Source of the DNA: Botryllus schlosseri
Taxonomy: Eukaryota
NCBI GenBank assembly: GCA_051294905.1
Contig: CM119372.1
Span: 7,628,001-7,692,000, forward strand
Direction: 5' to 3'
Length of the DNA stretch: 64,000 bases
Positions 13,410 through 26,124 of the stretch are shown piece after piece. Positions within the stretch are counted from its first letter, which is position 1, and each line of letters opens with the position of its first letter. The notes below the pieces were generated by a model. The model worked only from the letters and a program-made list of their open reading frames with translations. It ran no database searches and was not told where the DNA came from. The translations under genes were made by a program, and so were the position numbers.

Positions 13410-14820
13410 CAGGGGTGGCCAGCCTTTCTGATATTCGCGGCCGCATTTCGATTACTCATTCAGCGCATCCCACGGCCGAATTCCCGGGTATAGTCGTAAT
13501 GAACTAACTGGACGCCAAATACCCATGTTAAACTATCCGTGTCCATTTTCCGATGAACTCGGGAATAATCTATTTATTCATATCGGCTTACAATACGCAC
13601 CGAAATCATGAGTGGTCCGGTTATGAATCGTTACTAGGAATCGATATATTCGCGCTAAGCGCGAAAAATAGTTAAGATTCACGAATGAATTTCGCCATTA
13701 AAAGTAGTAAACATTTATCTTTTCTCAGCCAATGTGCTCAGATTCACCGGTAGATTTGATGGAAGGGGTGCTTTCAAAAATTTAGGGAAAGTTATAAATT
13801 ATGATGGATCTTCAGGTCGGGCAATTCTTAGTAGTCACTTTGTTGCATGCTGTTATTTACATCGAAGAAGAACTGTGGCATCGGGCACAAGGTCGAGATG
13901 GATGCCATGCAGTTTATGAGACCGCAACTGCATGGTCGTTCGACATCCTCCTATCTGTTTATTGCATCGAATTGTGTAGGCCTATTATGCATTGTACATA
14001 GTGTGTGTCTCGTTCAGATGAAAATATCACCTGACGATTATATCGATTATTATTTATCGACATCCCATCAGTATTATCGGAATGTCGGTATAGTGAAAAG
14101 ATAATGGAATCACCCAAACGGAGCAGAAGCAAATTTCTTTCGATTCCAAGTTGATATTTCTATATGGGGCGCATCATTTTCCTCTGCTATTCATATATAT
14201 GTACTGTAGGGCTCAGATTGCAAATGCCATTATTATATTAAAATCGTAAAACGATGTCGTATTGAATCGCGCGCAGCGCGAATAAAATTTCAAGATTAAT
14301 TAAAATCTTTCGAAAATTCGGGAGTCAATTCGTAAATTCAATGTGCATGTCGACGGCCGCCAGAATTACCTGTCGACGGCCGCACAAATTCCCTTCTGCG
14401 GCCGCATGTGGTCGTACGACTGCAGGTTGCCTAGGGTTACCATACGTCCTCTTTTTTGACTTTTTTTTTTAAAGTGTCCTTGGAGGGCGCCTAAATGTCC
14501 TCTATTTTAAGAATTTATCCACTTTTTTGAAAATTTTGGTCCAATATAGGTGAAAATAAATCAACTGAGATGTAGGAAATCAGCACTCAAGTAACGTTCC
14601 GGCGGGTATTTCGAAGTCGAGCCGGAAATTTGACCTTTTTTTTAGTCAACCTACGGAAAAACTGATCGAAAACCGGTAAATAGGGCTTTTTTAGTCAACC
14701 GACAGCAAAATCGGGAGAAATTTACGATTTTTTCCGGATTTTACTCAAGTATTGTTACTCTGAAAATTTTGAAAAAGCGTCCTCTTTTCACATTTCCAAA
14801 ATAGGGGTCGCCCACTCTTG
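13410..14820 (+). mobile_element. hAT MITE with a nested TAGGGTTACC MITE (14432-~14805) in its right end
   Basis: Starts CAGGGGTGGCCAGCC, with exact TSD ATTTAATG (13402-13409, 14821-14828). GCGGCCGCATGTGG subterminal motifs are interrupted at 14432 by TAGGGTTACCATACGTCC. Confidence 0.75.
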
Positions 14821-14969
14821 ATTTAATGCAACGGGAGAGTGTCGGTGATTGCAGATTAAATTAAACCTTCTGGACATTCGATGTTGCGATCGCAATACAA
14901 AATTTATGTAGGCAGGTCTCCCACAAGCGCTGGCAAATCTGACGTAACCCGTTGTAGTTGTATATATAA

Positions 14970-15849
14970 CAGGGGCGGGCAACATACGGCCCGCAGGCCG
15001 GATCCGGCCCGAGGAGGGATTTTGTCCGGCCCGCGGACAGTTTTCCGTCTTATATGACAATGTGACCCGCGGCTGCCGAGATTACCCGCTACTTGCTCAC
15101 TACGTCAAATTTTAGTGACTGTATGTTATTATATACATGTATGCGCACTGCGCAGCGTGTGAGAGTGGAGCTTACGCATAAGTTCGTCGAAGCGGGAAGA
15201 CTTGCATTATCGGCATTTATGATGTACTCAACCCTTATATCGTTTGTGGTAATCATGGTGTTTGTCGACTACAATGGTCATTTACACCAGGCCGATATTT
15301 CTTATTTTTCTTTCCGTAGCCGCTGACTTGTAGCACGGCAGACTTCTAGGCTTTTGTAAGACACCGCTTATGCCAGGGGTCGCCACCTCAAAACGGGTCG
15401 CGGGCCACTTTTCAAATGTCGTAGAAGCAGTGGTCCGCATGAATTCAAAATCGAGATAAAATAGGCCGCACAGTTGAACAACGACGCTATCTCGTCACCT
15501 ACTCAGCCCTAATGAATGGATATCCTGGTAAATTTATTGTCCCGAATGGTTATCGAACGCATTCACATCTTAATTAGTGATTGCACCTTGTGGTGATTGA
15601 TCAGAGAGAAGCAGACATGGCGGCGCCTGTATGACAATGCTGTTCTCAAATCCACATTGTCTTTGTCATTATCGGCGAGAAATGGCTTTGAAGTGACATT
15701 GCTGTCGTTAAAATACATTCATTAAATACGATTTACACCTTGTATATGTTGATAAATGGGCGAATAATGTATCGATTCAGCAGTCCGGCCCGCCAAGTAT
15801 TTAATTTTCCTATATCCGGCCCGCCGACTGGAGAAGTTGCCCGCCCCTG
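14970..15849 (+). mobile_element. hAT (Buster/Charlie-type) MITE
   Basis: TIRs CAGGGGCGGGCAAC / GTTGCCCGCCCCTG with GGCCCGC subterminal repeats. It is inserted in a (TA)n run, and there is a second left-end fragment at ~15374. Confidence 0.8.
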
Positions 15850-15998
15850 ATATATATAACGTCGCTTCAACTCATTTGCACGAGTCCATGATTCGATAAT
15901 AATATCCGATATTGAACAACATCCAATATGTGAATATGCAAGGTACGAAAGCACAGTGGGCCTATAATCGATGGTGTAATCACAAAATGAATTTAGTG

Positions 15999-16281
15999 TA
16001 GAGTTACCATACGTCCTTTTTTAAGAGGATTTGTCCTCTTTTTTGAGAATTTTGGTTAAATGCACGTGGGGAAATTGGACTGAGATGTAGGAAATCAGCG
16101 GCCAAGTAACGGTCCGACGGGTTTCTCTGGACTTGAGCCAGAAAAATGATTTTTTTTTAGTCAACCGACCACAAAGTCGGCGGGAAAAATTTACGATTTT
16201 TTCGGGATTTTACCCCAGTATTGCAAGTCTCAAAATTTTGAAAAGTGGCCTTTTCCAGATTCCCAAAATATGGTAACCCTA
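15999..16281 (+). mobile_element. TAGGGTTACC-family hAT MITE
   Basis: Homologous to 9365-9680, with exact TSD ATTTAGTG (15991-15998, 16282-16289). Confidence 0.85.
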
Positions 16282-16949
16282 ATTTAGTGTAACACTTTGA
16301 GTAATTAGCTGTTGCACAAATATAATGTCATGCAATATATCTCCTCTAACGTACGGGCTCTCTCTACCATTTAACTATATTTAGCTATTCCGAAGAGCAG
16401 TTCTGATTTAGCCAGATCGTTTGGACACACTTCTAAGTATGTGATGCAGTATGCCCATTGTAAAGCTATACTTGACGATACACAATATAGCATCAACTAA
16501 TTCTTGGAAAGGGTCGAATCTATATGAGAGAATACAGCGAAAGCTTATAGCATAAACCACATATCTTAACGTGACGCAAGGGTTACACACTTCCGTGCTG
16601 CGGATGTTGAGTTTCGATCACAGCTTTTGCTAATCACGGTGTTCCAACATCTAGGCTTTTGCGGAAGAGTAATCAGGACCAGCAATACCATCGTTTCGAT
16701 GAAGTTAGTCGGAGTCTCCTACCTTCATTTGACCTCACAGTAAAGTTTATCTTATGAGGACATCTCCAGAGCAGGGCACCATTTACATAACGTCTCGCTA
16801 AGATATATTGCAAGAACCCTCGGGGTTCGCGGAAACATAAGTAGATACATCAATCGGTGGGAGCTCAATATATTAAAGCAAGATAGAAATCAGAGCATAG
16901 CGAAATTGCGCACCGTATTCGATCGTATCGATCAATTGAGGTTTACTAT

Positions 16950-18200
16950 CGTCCAGTATCAGTATCAGTTTATTACTATTTTCATCATTTCGCCTAGCTA
17001 GGCGAAGTAGAGTAGCGGCATGCACACTGAATGAAAAGTAAAGCAGAGGATATAAAAGGCAAGCGACAAAATGAGGTGGCATGTGGCGGAAGGCGAGATC
17101 GATATGTTAGGTCGTGGTCCGGTAATCCTGCAGGCTGACAAGTATTCATTTAGAACAGGGGTGTCAAACATCCGGCCCGCGGGCCGCATCTGGCCCGCCA
17201 GACAACTTCATCCGGCCCGCGAGGTCATTCTGAGTAAATTGAAAAAGTATCGTATTATCCAGCACATTTCTAACAGAAGTTGAGGTTTTTAGTAATAAAT
17301 ACTTTGACGTAAATAATTATAATCCCTCAAGACAGTAAATGTCGAACATGTTCATAGGCCATTATTCCATCTCTCAGCTGTGTCGAGTTATCACACAAGT
17401 AAACATCAGGAACAAGTCGGTGACATTGACACTACATTCTGTGAAGGAAAAAAGTGCATTCTCAGCTCGGGCCTTTTTGGAAAAATTGATCAAATAATAG
17501 TTATCCACAGAGGCGGAAACGACAATCCGAAATCGTTGTATGTAAAATACAAGGAGAGTATGATAGCTACACGAAGAATATAATTCAAATATATTTGCTC
17601 GCACTGCTGTTTACCTTACTCAGACCCAAAAAGCCCCAGCCCCTATCTCCATAGAAACTCGATTGGTGAGTCGTTGATATAAAAATAATGAGGCGCGCGT
17701 CAAGATTAAAATAAGGGGGGCATAGAAATATTCCAGCTTGTATCGTCGTCGGACCACTGTTTTAATGATAGGCTATAGAACTGTATTCAATCGGCGTATC
17801 ATCGTATTTGTGCCAATTCCATTGTGTGCGAATAACGGTGTTGCTCGAATAGAGCCCTCATTATCCGTGATATAATGTTTAGTATAGCCTACTATTTTGC
17901 ATGGCGCTAATGGCATTCCTGTCAGAAGCAAAGGTATAGAATTGAACGTAATCTGTAATCATTAACTGATCCGGCCCGCGAACGATCAAAACTTTTGAAT
18001 CCAGCCCGCGACCCAAGTTGAGTTTGACACCCCTGATTCAGAAGAAATTGCTTGTATTTCGACTTGAATGCGGACATGCTCGACGACTGTCGGATAGCCG
18101 GCGAGATGCTGTTCCACAATTGAGGTCCGGCATACTTGATAAAGCAATAATGCGTTTTCTTGTATTCCGTCCTGATCATGGTAGTTCATAGTGGAATATG
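16950..18200 (-). mobile_element. LINE 3' remnant (CR1/L2 group) interrupted by a hAT MITE
   Basis: Removing 17156-18035 joins ...THYCFIKYAGPQLWNSISPAIRQSSSMSAFKSKYKQFLLN to EYLSACRITGPR.... The tail is AATAAA(CTGATA)n near 16955-16975. A second copy lies at ~62290-63830. Confidence 0.75.
17156..18035 (+). mobile_element. hAT (Buster/Charlie-type) MITE
   Basis: TIRs CAGGGGTGTCAAAC / GTTTGACACCCCTG, TSD ATTTAGAA/ATTCAGAA (1 mismatch) and GGCCCGC subterminal repeats. An inverted left-end fragment of the family lies at ~28790-28936. Confidence 0.85.
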
Positions 18201-18556
18201 GTATCGAAATCATAATTCTGGTTCATAAATTAACCCCAAGTGGCAAGGAATGTATATGTTCAGTATTTCAGTACAAGGAATCATCTTTGACTACTCGACT
18301 GGAATCATAAGAATCAATATTCGATTCACATTCGAGTACTCGAATCGTCAAGCCTAGCTGTACTCCTGATCTGGGCGTTGATCGCTGCGGAAGTGGCCGA
18401 CTGGCCGTGTCATCAAGCAATTATTGCTTGCGAGTGCGCTACACTGAATCATAATTAGCCTTAATACGATTCATGGACAGTGGACACTGAACAGAGTGAC
18501 TGAATGGTTTTTTCAACACAGGTCCAACACTACTACCGAGTCAGCACAGTCGAAAC

Positions 18557-21500
18557 ATGTTCAAGGGAAAGACAGCAGTAGTAACTGGGGCTTCTAGTGG
18601 CATTGGCCGAGCGATCGCGCTGCATTTTGCCAGTGAAGGAGCATCTCTGTTGGTCACCGGGAGAAACGAAGATAGGCTTGCGGACGTTGCATCGGAATGC
18701 ACGGACAAGGGCGCGGCCGAGGTAAAACGCTCTATTGATAGAGTTGCTCTGTTGTTTGTGGTGTTCATGGTATTTGAAGACTCCTATGGTCAAGGTCACT
18801 TGAGTTGCTCTGTGAAGTAATGTTGGTGAACTTTAGGGAAACATTACTTCCTCCTCCATGCCCAATTGCCCATATTGCATATGTAATCATCCGCATATTG
18901 CACTGCGTATTTGCGGAGTGAACAGATTTATGTAATGATAGTTTATCTTATGAAGGTTTGTTTCAGGTCGTGCAAGTTATCGCTGATCTCTCGAAAACTG
19001 AAGATGTCGGAAAGCTTGGAAAAACTGCCCTGGAAGCTTTCAGTGAAATTGATATTCTTGTGAATAACGCAGGTTCCGCCGTCGTGTGTACTTTCCAAGA
19101 GGTAATTTGAATAGGTGCTATTCCTGAACTGAGTATACTGCAAGTTTAGTAGTTCGCATGCAGTGCACTGTGCAGTGTGCAATCACGCTAAGCGAGGTAC
19201 TTATATTTAGACAACAGTTGAAGAATTCGAAAGAATCTTGAATGTTAACGCACGTGCCCCATTTCTACTGTGTCAAGTCATGCTTCCTGCACTAGAAAAG
19301 TCTGAAGGTACGGGTCCGAGGGCATATCTTCTAGTCTTGGAAGCCTACTGAATCAATTTTTTTTCAGGCTGCATCGTCAACGTATCCAGTCTTACTGCAT
19401 CGCAGATATTTCCCAAGGGACTAGCGTACGGCATGAGCAAGGCGGCTTTAAATCACTTTACTGAAGCTCTGGCGTTTGGTAAACAATCCATCTTGCTTGT
19501 ACTTAACAAACTTCGGAAGGGTGTGATCATGACGAAGGCTAAAACCCCGTTTGAATTTCAGCTGTTTATTATTTTTGAAGTAACACAAGATTCGCAATCA
19601 TAGCGAATGTGATAAAGCAGCTAGCAAGAAGGCGACACGGGCAGACAAGAGTCGCGCTTGTCAATATTGATTAGTGAAGTCTGAAATTGAAACATTGACC
19701 TCGGCACGTGAAAATTTAGATCCAGATTCCAAAACTGTCGCTACCGCTTAATATCACATGAGCCTTGAGTCTCCCTTTTGCGGTATCTCCTTCCCTCTGA
19801 CCCTGTAATTGCCTTTGTAATGCTATACATCGGACTATAACCCATACCAGTGGTTCTCGGGCGTTTTAATTGACGGTCCTATGTCAATTTTTTTCAACAT
19901 ATCGGATCAACTACTTTCCTTTCCAATTGGAGTGCATTTTATAACAGCTTTGGTAGGGCTTACTCCGTGCGATGGCGGATACTTCTTGTTCTATATGTCA
20001 TGAATTTCGCATAGGACACTGGTTTAGGTGAAAATTAACCTTCCAGGCTGAATTAACGTTATGATATATTCTACCTTGCTCTACAAAAGAGCTCAAATGA
20101 TCGGAAGACTCGTGCCGCACATTTTTCAACATATGTCTAGTCGCGGGCAGAAAGCGTCGGATATTCTAGTAAATATTTATCATGGCTGCGGCTATGTTCA
20201 ACATCTTGATGTTTCGACAGAGTGTTCGAAAAAAGGTGTGCGGGTGAACGGCGTCAGGTGAATATATAAGTCTTCTCGCTAATTCTTATTTGCCACAAAT
20301 GGTTGTACATGTTTTCCAGTCCAGGAACAGTGAAAACAAGACAGCTCGCTGGGGAGGGCGGCGAGAACAAGTTATCTCAAGAGGAAGTCGATGCGGTAAT
20401 TGGTTTTTCTTTCAACTGTCTTTCTATTGTCATTATTGTATGTCTACGACTGGTCTGAGCGTACGCCAATAGGACCGTGATGATTCTGATCCCAAGATTT
20501 GTAATCCAATCTAGCAGATTGAGGAGAGCCTGTCATAGGCTACATCGGTGCTTTTACATCTGTGGGATGGTACACACTTGTCGAGGTGAAAATCATATAA
20601 TTGTTACTTTTTTCTGACGTGGAATATTTCAAATGAACTTGATAGGAATTTCAAGTGCAGTGGCTCCCCAACCTTTGTTGCTGTGGCGATATCGTACCCC
20701 AACTTCTGTCGCCGTGGCGCAATCGTAATTGTAATTGTCTCGCCCCAGCTCTGGTGAACTATTTGCGCACTATCAAAAGTACGGCTCGAAAGCGAGTGTA
20801 GTGGAAGGCATACAGTATGCATCGTCATGTCGTAACCAGTGGCACGCGGGAAATGACGTCGAATTAACTCCTGCTTTCTTTCTCCGAACAATCATCATAT
20901 TTTCGTAACAACGGCTCGATTAGCACGGGGCGCAAGGCAGTAGCAATACATACCATCATTACTGACTCGCATTCTGCGAGCAAGCATTTTTCACTCGTGG
21001 AAAACCCGCTGTATTTTAAAAAACAGTGCTGGGTGGTTCTCGAAGACCTGACAAACCAAGCACTAGACCAGGGGGTCTTGAAGGTGGGCCACAGGAGTAA
21101 TTTGAGGTGGGCCACAGAGCTATTTGGAAAATTGAAAAAATAGTGGAAGTTCAGTTACATTTTCATATTCATATATTCGTAAATATTTATTCATATTATC
21201 GAATTATACGTATAGGCTAAACTTGAAACTTTTCATCCGACTCTGATGAGATGTATACAGTGGCACGTATGGAGTCGCAATGTGCAAATCGAAAATGGGA
21301 GGGGAAAGGCGGGGCTGTTGTTCCCCGCCTATGACAACCTGCGTCCGACAGCAACGACAATAATTTCGATTATATAATAACTGGAAGTTAATGCTGAAGT
21401 AACCAAGGATTCCCGCAGTGACATTCGTCGTATGCCCTTGAAATGGTACTCTGACTGAAATGTAGCTACTTGATGTAGATCTATGGTAGGCCCAATTCGT

Positions 21501-24500
21501 CAGTTCGTATTATTGTGACATTAAAATAGCCACAATTGCAATTGATTATCATTTATAAACTTCCTATGGAAATAGATACTGTACCACCGCAACGAATCAT
21601 AAAGGATTAAGAATTTAGTGCAGCACATTTTGTCTTTGAAGTCGGTCTAAAAATGTCCGGCCTTGAAGTCATTGTACATAATGTAAGAGGTGCATGAATG
21701 AATTGATTGTATCATTGGATTTATAGTTCTCACATCGTAACTTCAATAGGTAGGCCTACAAGACACACTATGTACATTGTACGTACATTCTAGCTAGCAC
21801 ATAAAATCTCTTTCTCAACTTCTCTGTTGCATCCCATTCACCAAAGGATTGTTTGAAGCGGGCCCAGAATGATAATAATATTCCCCACCGTAGTGAAACT
21901 AGGACCCCAATCGCACAGTGGATGGGGGTATTGGGTCTCACGACTTGAGTGGAACAGCGGAAGTTGGCCTACACAAAGAGTTATATACGTTCCTCGAGGG
22001 CCGTAACTGTCGCACCCTGAACCCCCCAATCAGGGGGAGCTCTAATGGGCTCAGAATTATTTCGTTGGTTGTTTGTTGGCGGATATTTATTCGACGTGGG
22101 AAATTTTCGTCGCGCGTAACTCGATTTTACGTCCCGTGGTAAGGCCTATATTAAATCTGATTATTAGGAGATGTGTAGATTTTAGAGAAACAAATATAGC
22201 GGCGGCACCGATAACCACACATTGCACAGGAATATGACTCTAGGGGAGCCACAGAGCATTTTAAACCCGAAAAGGGGCCATGGCCGAAATAAGGTTGAGA
22301 ACCCCTGCACTAGATGTTCCTGTACAAAACCGAAACACTTAGTGCCCTATAGTTGAAATCAAAACGAGGGGAAGATAGTTGATACACTTGATGGCCTAAA
22401 TCAGTAGACTACTTCTCACACGTATGAACGAAGTATTATCGAGGATCTTTTTTCCTTTTTGTATAACAATCTTCCGTTTGTTTGAGTGGGATGCCGAAAA
22501 GGTGGAAAAGCACTGGGCTACACGACAGGCCTGTGTGGAGTCAAGACGAGTCTAGCTAATTTTCGCCTGCTAATTTTCGCCTAATGGAGCGAGTTGTAGC
22601 ACGCCTCGAAATCGGAGTCGTGAATTCTATAGTGGATGGAGTCGGGGTCGTGGAAAATACTGACTGGAGTCGGAGTTCGTGAAAATGACCCTGACTCCGA
22701 CTCCAACTTAATTATGAAAACGAATGCTTTCAATTGCTTTCACAAAGGTATCTTTAGATTACGAATACTACCTAAAATAGGGTTTTCATGTAGCATCAAT
22801 CCAGTGTTAGGATAAATCAAGTCGTGACTTGACTCGAGGCACCTTTATCGTATGATTGGACTAGACTTGACTCGACGTTTGAAAATGCAGCTTGACACGT
22901 GAAGAACTCAAATTTACTAGTCAATTTCAGTCATCAAATATTTTGTGTCGATAAAACTCCGCCGTATCTTTCATACGTTCGGATTGCTCTCGATACGCTG
23001 GTGTAACCTGCGAGAGCGACCGCAATTTCATTCATTGAATGACTTCGCATTTTATTGGACCCACCATTTTTCTATCACAAATAAATTGACTGCAAACGAA
23101 GTTTGGAGCTTACAGCGTACGTTGTCGTTAGCTGCTAAGTATCCTTTAGGGCGGAGCGGATCGACAAATTCTCTGGTCCGACTCCGATCCGGTTTGTCAA
23201 TTCTCTTGTCCGGCTCCGGCCGTATCAGGAAAAAGTACTGATCCAGCTCCGGCCAAAATGAACCAAGTCCGGCCGGAAATCCGGCCCTACACGGTGCGAT
23301 GGTTCCGTGAATTTATAAATATGGTTCATTTTTATTTTCGCACTGGCTTGGCGGTTACTTGCGTGTGGTTGGTTGTTTTAAATGATTCTGGCCTTGTCAA
23401 AAAAGTACTGATTCGGCTCCGGCCGTATCAAAAAAGTACTGATCCGATCCGATCCGGCTCTGGCCAAAAATGAAAAAATCCGGTCGGATATCCAATCCGG
23501 CTCCGGTCCATGCTCCGCACTATAGTATCCATCTGTGTTCTGTCGACTGGTCGTTGGTGCCCGGTGCCCAACTTTCAAACCTCTTGTATGATTTAAATTG
23601 AATTCGAATTTAGTTCATTGCTAATCAATCATTAGCCTAGGCTTGTATTGTATCCCATGGATTTGTAGGCAAATTTAGTAGTGCATCAGATTACTTCGTT
23701 TCAACTATCTGTGGTTTCGCATTCTATTCTCTATTTTGACGGATAATTATAAATGTAGGGTATATACAGTTGCTTGCGTAGTTTACCAATTTGACGCATG
23801 CGTGTGAGCTGTACAACTCTTTTTTGTCATCAGTCTTTTTATTTCTATATTCGGTCATCGATTCAAAATCGATGGCAAATGCAATGACTCAATCATACCT
23901 CGTACTTCGAAAGACAAATTGAATCAAATTGCAACTTGACTCATGACTTGACCTGACTCGAGTCACCTCTAAAAATCGAGTGATTTTACTTGACTTGACT
24001 CGAGTCGAAATAAGCAATAATGCGAGATGACTTGTGACTCGAAGGTAGTGACGTGATCCCAACACTGCATCAATCATTGTTGTTGGTAGCGATATAGATG
24101 AAATTGTACATTATTTGTAAATTACAATTCAGTTCCATAGGGGAAGAAAATCGCAATATGCATCTTCGCGATACAGTCACAAATTGATGCAATTTTTGGA
24201 ATCATACCTTGGTACTGTGACGGAGTAAATGCATCATCTGGTTTTGTAAAATTGATGTAAATATAAGTAAAACGCTGATTCCCACTTGACAAAATTGAAA
24301 ATATGTGTAGTGTAGCTTAGCTGCTTCCGTCGAACAAATGATTGAGACTGCATGTCTTAGTCCTTGAATATTTGAGTAAGTGCATAGTAGGGATGGTGTG
24401 AACCTCTGAAAGGTTCGGGTTCGTGTGAACGCGAACCATTTTGAAAGGTTCTGTGTGAACACAAACGTGAACCTCGTGACGTCATATTGCTAATTCCAAC

Positions 24501-26124
24501 CGTATCTTTCCTATATTAATGTACACGATACCTAGCGAAGACTCGGGCCACATAATGTCACATTGCTGAAGTACATATTGGCGTTTTAAACGTCGCTAAA
24601 TGTATCAACCGCGGTTATCAAAGGATATAATAATCTCATAAAACCAATACATTCCGTCGCTTTGCCAACAATTTCGACGAGGACTTGCCAGGGAATATAA
24701 GCTTACGCCTTAACGGTCTTAGCCAGATTGGATAATGTGTTCGGAGTCTGAGTATTGCTACATTTATATTGAGCAGAGTGTAAAACGGGTTTCTATACTC
24801 GCTACCGATACCATAAACAACAAGTTATATAGCAGTAGCCAGCATCTTAATCGCACGGATTTGGTTTTAATGATACAGTGAAGATATGAAGTCAAGATTG
24901 ACCCCGTACGCCCGCTCGATTTTTTATATCAGAAAACGATATCAATGCCATTCATTAGTTGAATAAGCCCCATTCGCTGACTACGTATATCGCTCGTGAT
25001 GTTGTGTGATTGCGGGTCAAGCGCACAGCAGAGAGTCACTAAATATTCACAAACGGAAAGCTGGATATTTCGAGAAGTTTTTTGTAACAAAAAAGCAAGT
25101 AAAACTTCTAAGGTTGTCAAGGTGCATGCTCGTTTAGCGTTGATTTTTTATGCTGCACGCGCCATGCATAGAGTGACCCGCAGTTGAAATGCAATAAATT
25201 TGAACCAAAGATTTTATAATGAAGTGTAAATTACAATTTATTAAAAAGGTTCACAGTGCAGAACCTACCAAGGTTCTGTTGTGAACGCGAACCTCCAAAT
25301 TTCCGAGGTTCACACACAGAACGCGAACGTGAACCTCACGTTCACACCATCCCTAGTGCATAGACATATGCTATTTCACTACTTCCTATTTTATTAGTAG
25401 TGAGTGTGTGCCTGGAATCAATGAAGTGTGCAATAAGAAAATTAGTAAGTTACATCTCTGTATTAGTTACTGACTAATCTACATTTTAATTAGAGTATGA
25501 TTGGATACAGGATTGGATGTATGTCGTGTATGAATGATTCAAACAGATTAGGATATTAGAGAGTCCATGTTATAAAAACTTGAAATATGAACAAGGGAAG
25601 GGTATTTTGAGATGCACTATTTCCTGTTTAATTGCATAGTGAATAATTCGAGCTGTGCCACAGTGAAACAATTTTGCATGACATCGTTAATCATGTGTTG
25701 GCATGATTCATGGTTGTATGGCAGTCATTTAAACGTTACTATGGCTTGAAATTTTTACAGTAAATTGGTAATACTGTTGGAGTCGGTACTTTGAAGACTC
25801 GGGAGTCGGATTCGGTAGATTGAAAATGTGGTGATTCGGTATAATGAAAATATCGGGAGTCGGAGTTGAGAGTCCGTGGTAACATTTACCGACACAGCCC
25901 TGCTACATGATTAGTCGAACACGCGGGGTAAAAACGACTTTTGCCTCTTATTCCAGACCGTGAACTTCATGGCTACATGCCAGCCACTGGGCACGCTGAG
26001 CGGGCTCATCTCTGCAGACGACGTCGCAAAAGTCGTGTTATTTCTGGCTTCACCATCGGCAACCTGTATCACCGGGCAGACGATCGTTATCGATGCGGGA
26101 TATCACCCTTACCATGCAATCTAG
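18557..26124 (+). CDS. Classical short-chain dehydrogenase/reductase (FabG-like SDR), 262 aa, 7 coding exons
   Basis: Exons 18557-18721, 18967-19101, 19211-19307, 19368-19478, 20221-20257, 20320-20395, 25957-26124. All are GT-AG with consistent phases (789 nt). Motifs: TGASSGIG (cofactor), ILVNNAG, IVNVSS, YGMSK (catalytic YxxxK), VRVNGVSPGTVKT and FLASPSATCITGQTIVIDAG. AATAAA lies at ~26174. Confidence 0.92.
21069..22307 (+). mobile_element. hAT MITE in SDR intron 6
   Basis: CAGGGGGTC...GGTTGAGAACCCCTG with TSD CACTAGAC/CACTAGAT. Confidence 0.8.
22802..24067 (+). mobile_element. GACTTGACTC-rich hAT MITE nested in 22526-25902
   Basis: TIRs CAGTGTTAGGAT / ATCCCAACACTG with exact TSD CATCAATC (22794-22801, 24068-24075). 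Confidence 0.8.
23147..23522 (+). mobile_element. TCCGG-rich MITE nested in 22802-24067
   Basis: TAGGGCGGAGC...GCTCCGCACTA termini with many ATCCGG/CTCCGG repeats. The flanks GTATCCTT / GTATCCAT are similar. Confidence 0.65.
24388..25355 (+). mobile_element. GTGAAC-repeat hAT MITE nested in 22526-25902
   Basis: Perfect 16-bp TIR TAGGGATGGTGTGAAC / GTTCACACCATCCCTA with exact TSD GTGCATAG (24380-24387, 25356-25363). An inverted partial copy lies at ~29177-29545. Confidence 0.9.

Larger units (their letters stand above)
22526..25902 (+). mobile_element. GGAGTC-repeat hAT MITE hosting three nested insertions
   Basis: CAGGCCTGTG...CACAGCCCTG with TSD CTACACGA/CTACATGA. Once the nested elements are removed, its remaining sequence matches the sibling copy at 27388-28746. 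Confidence 0.75.
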
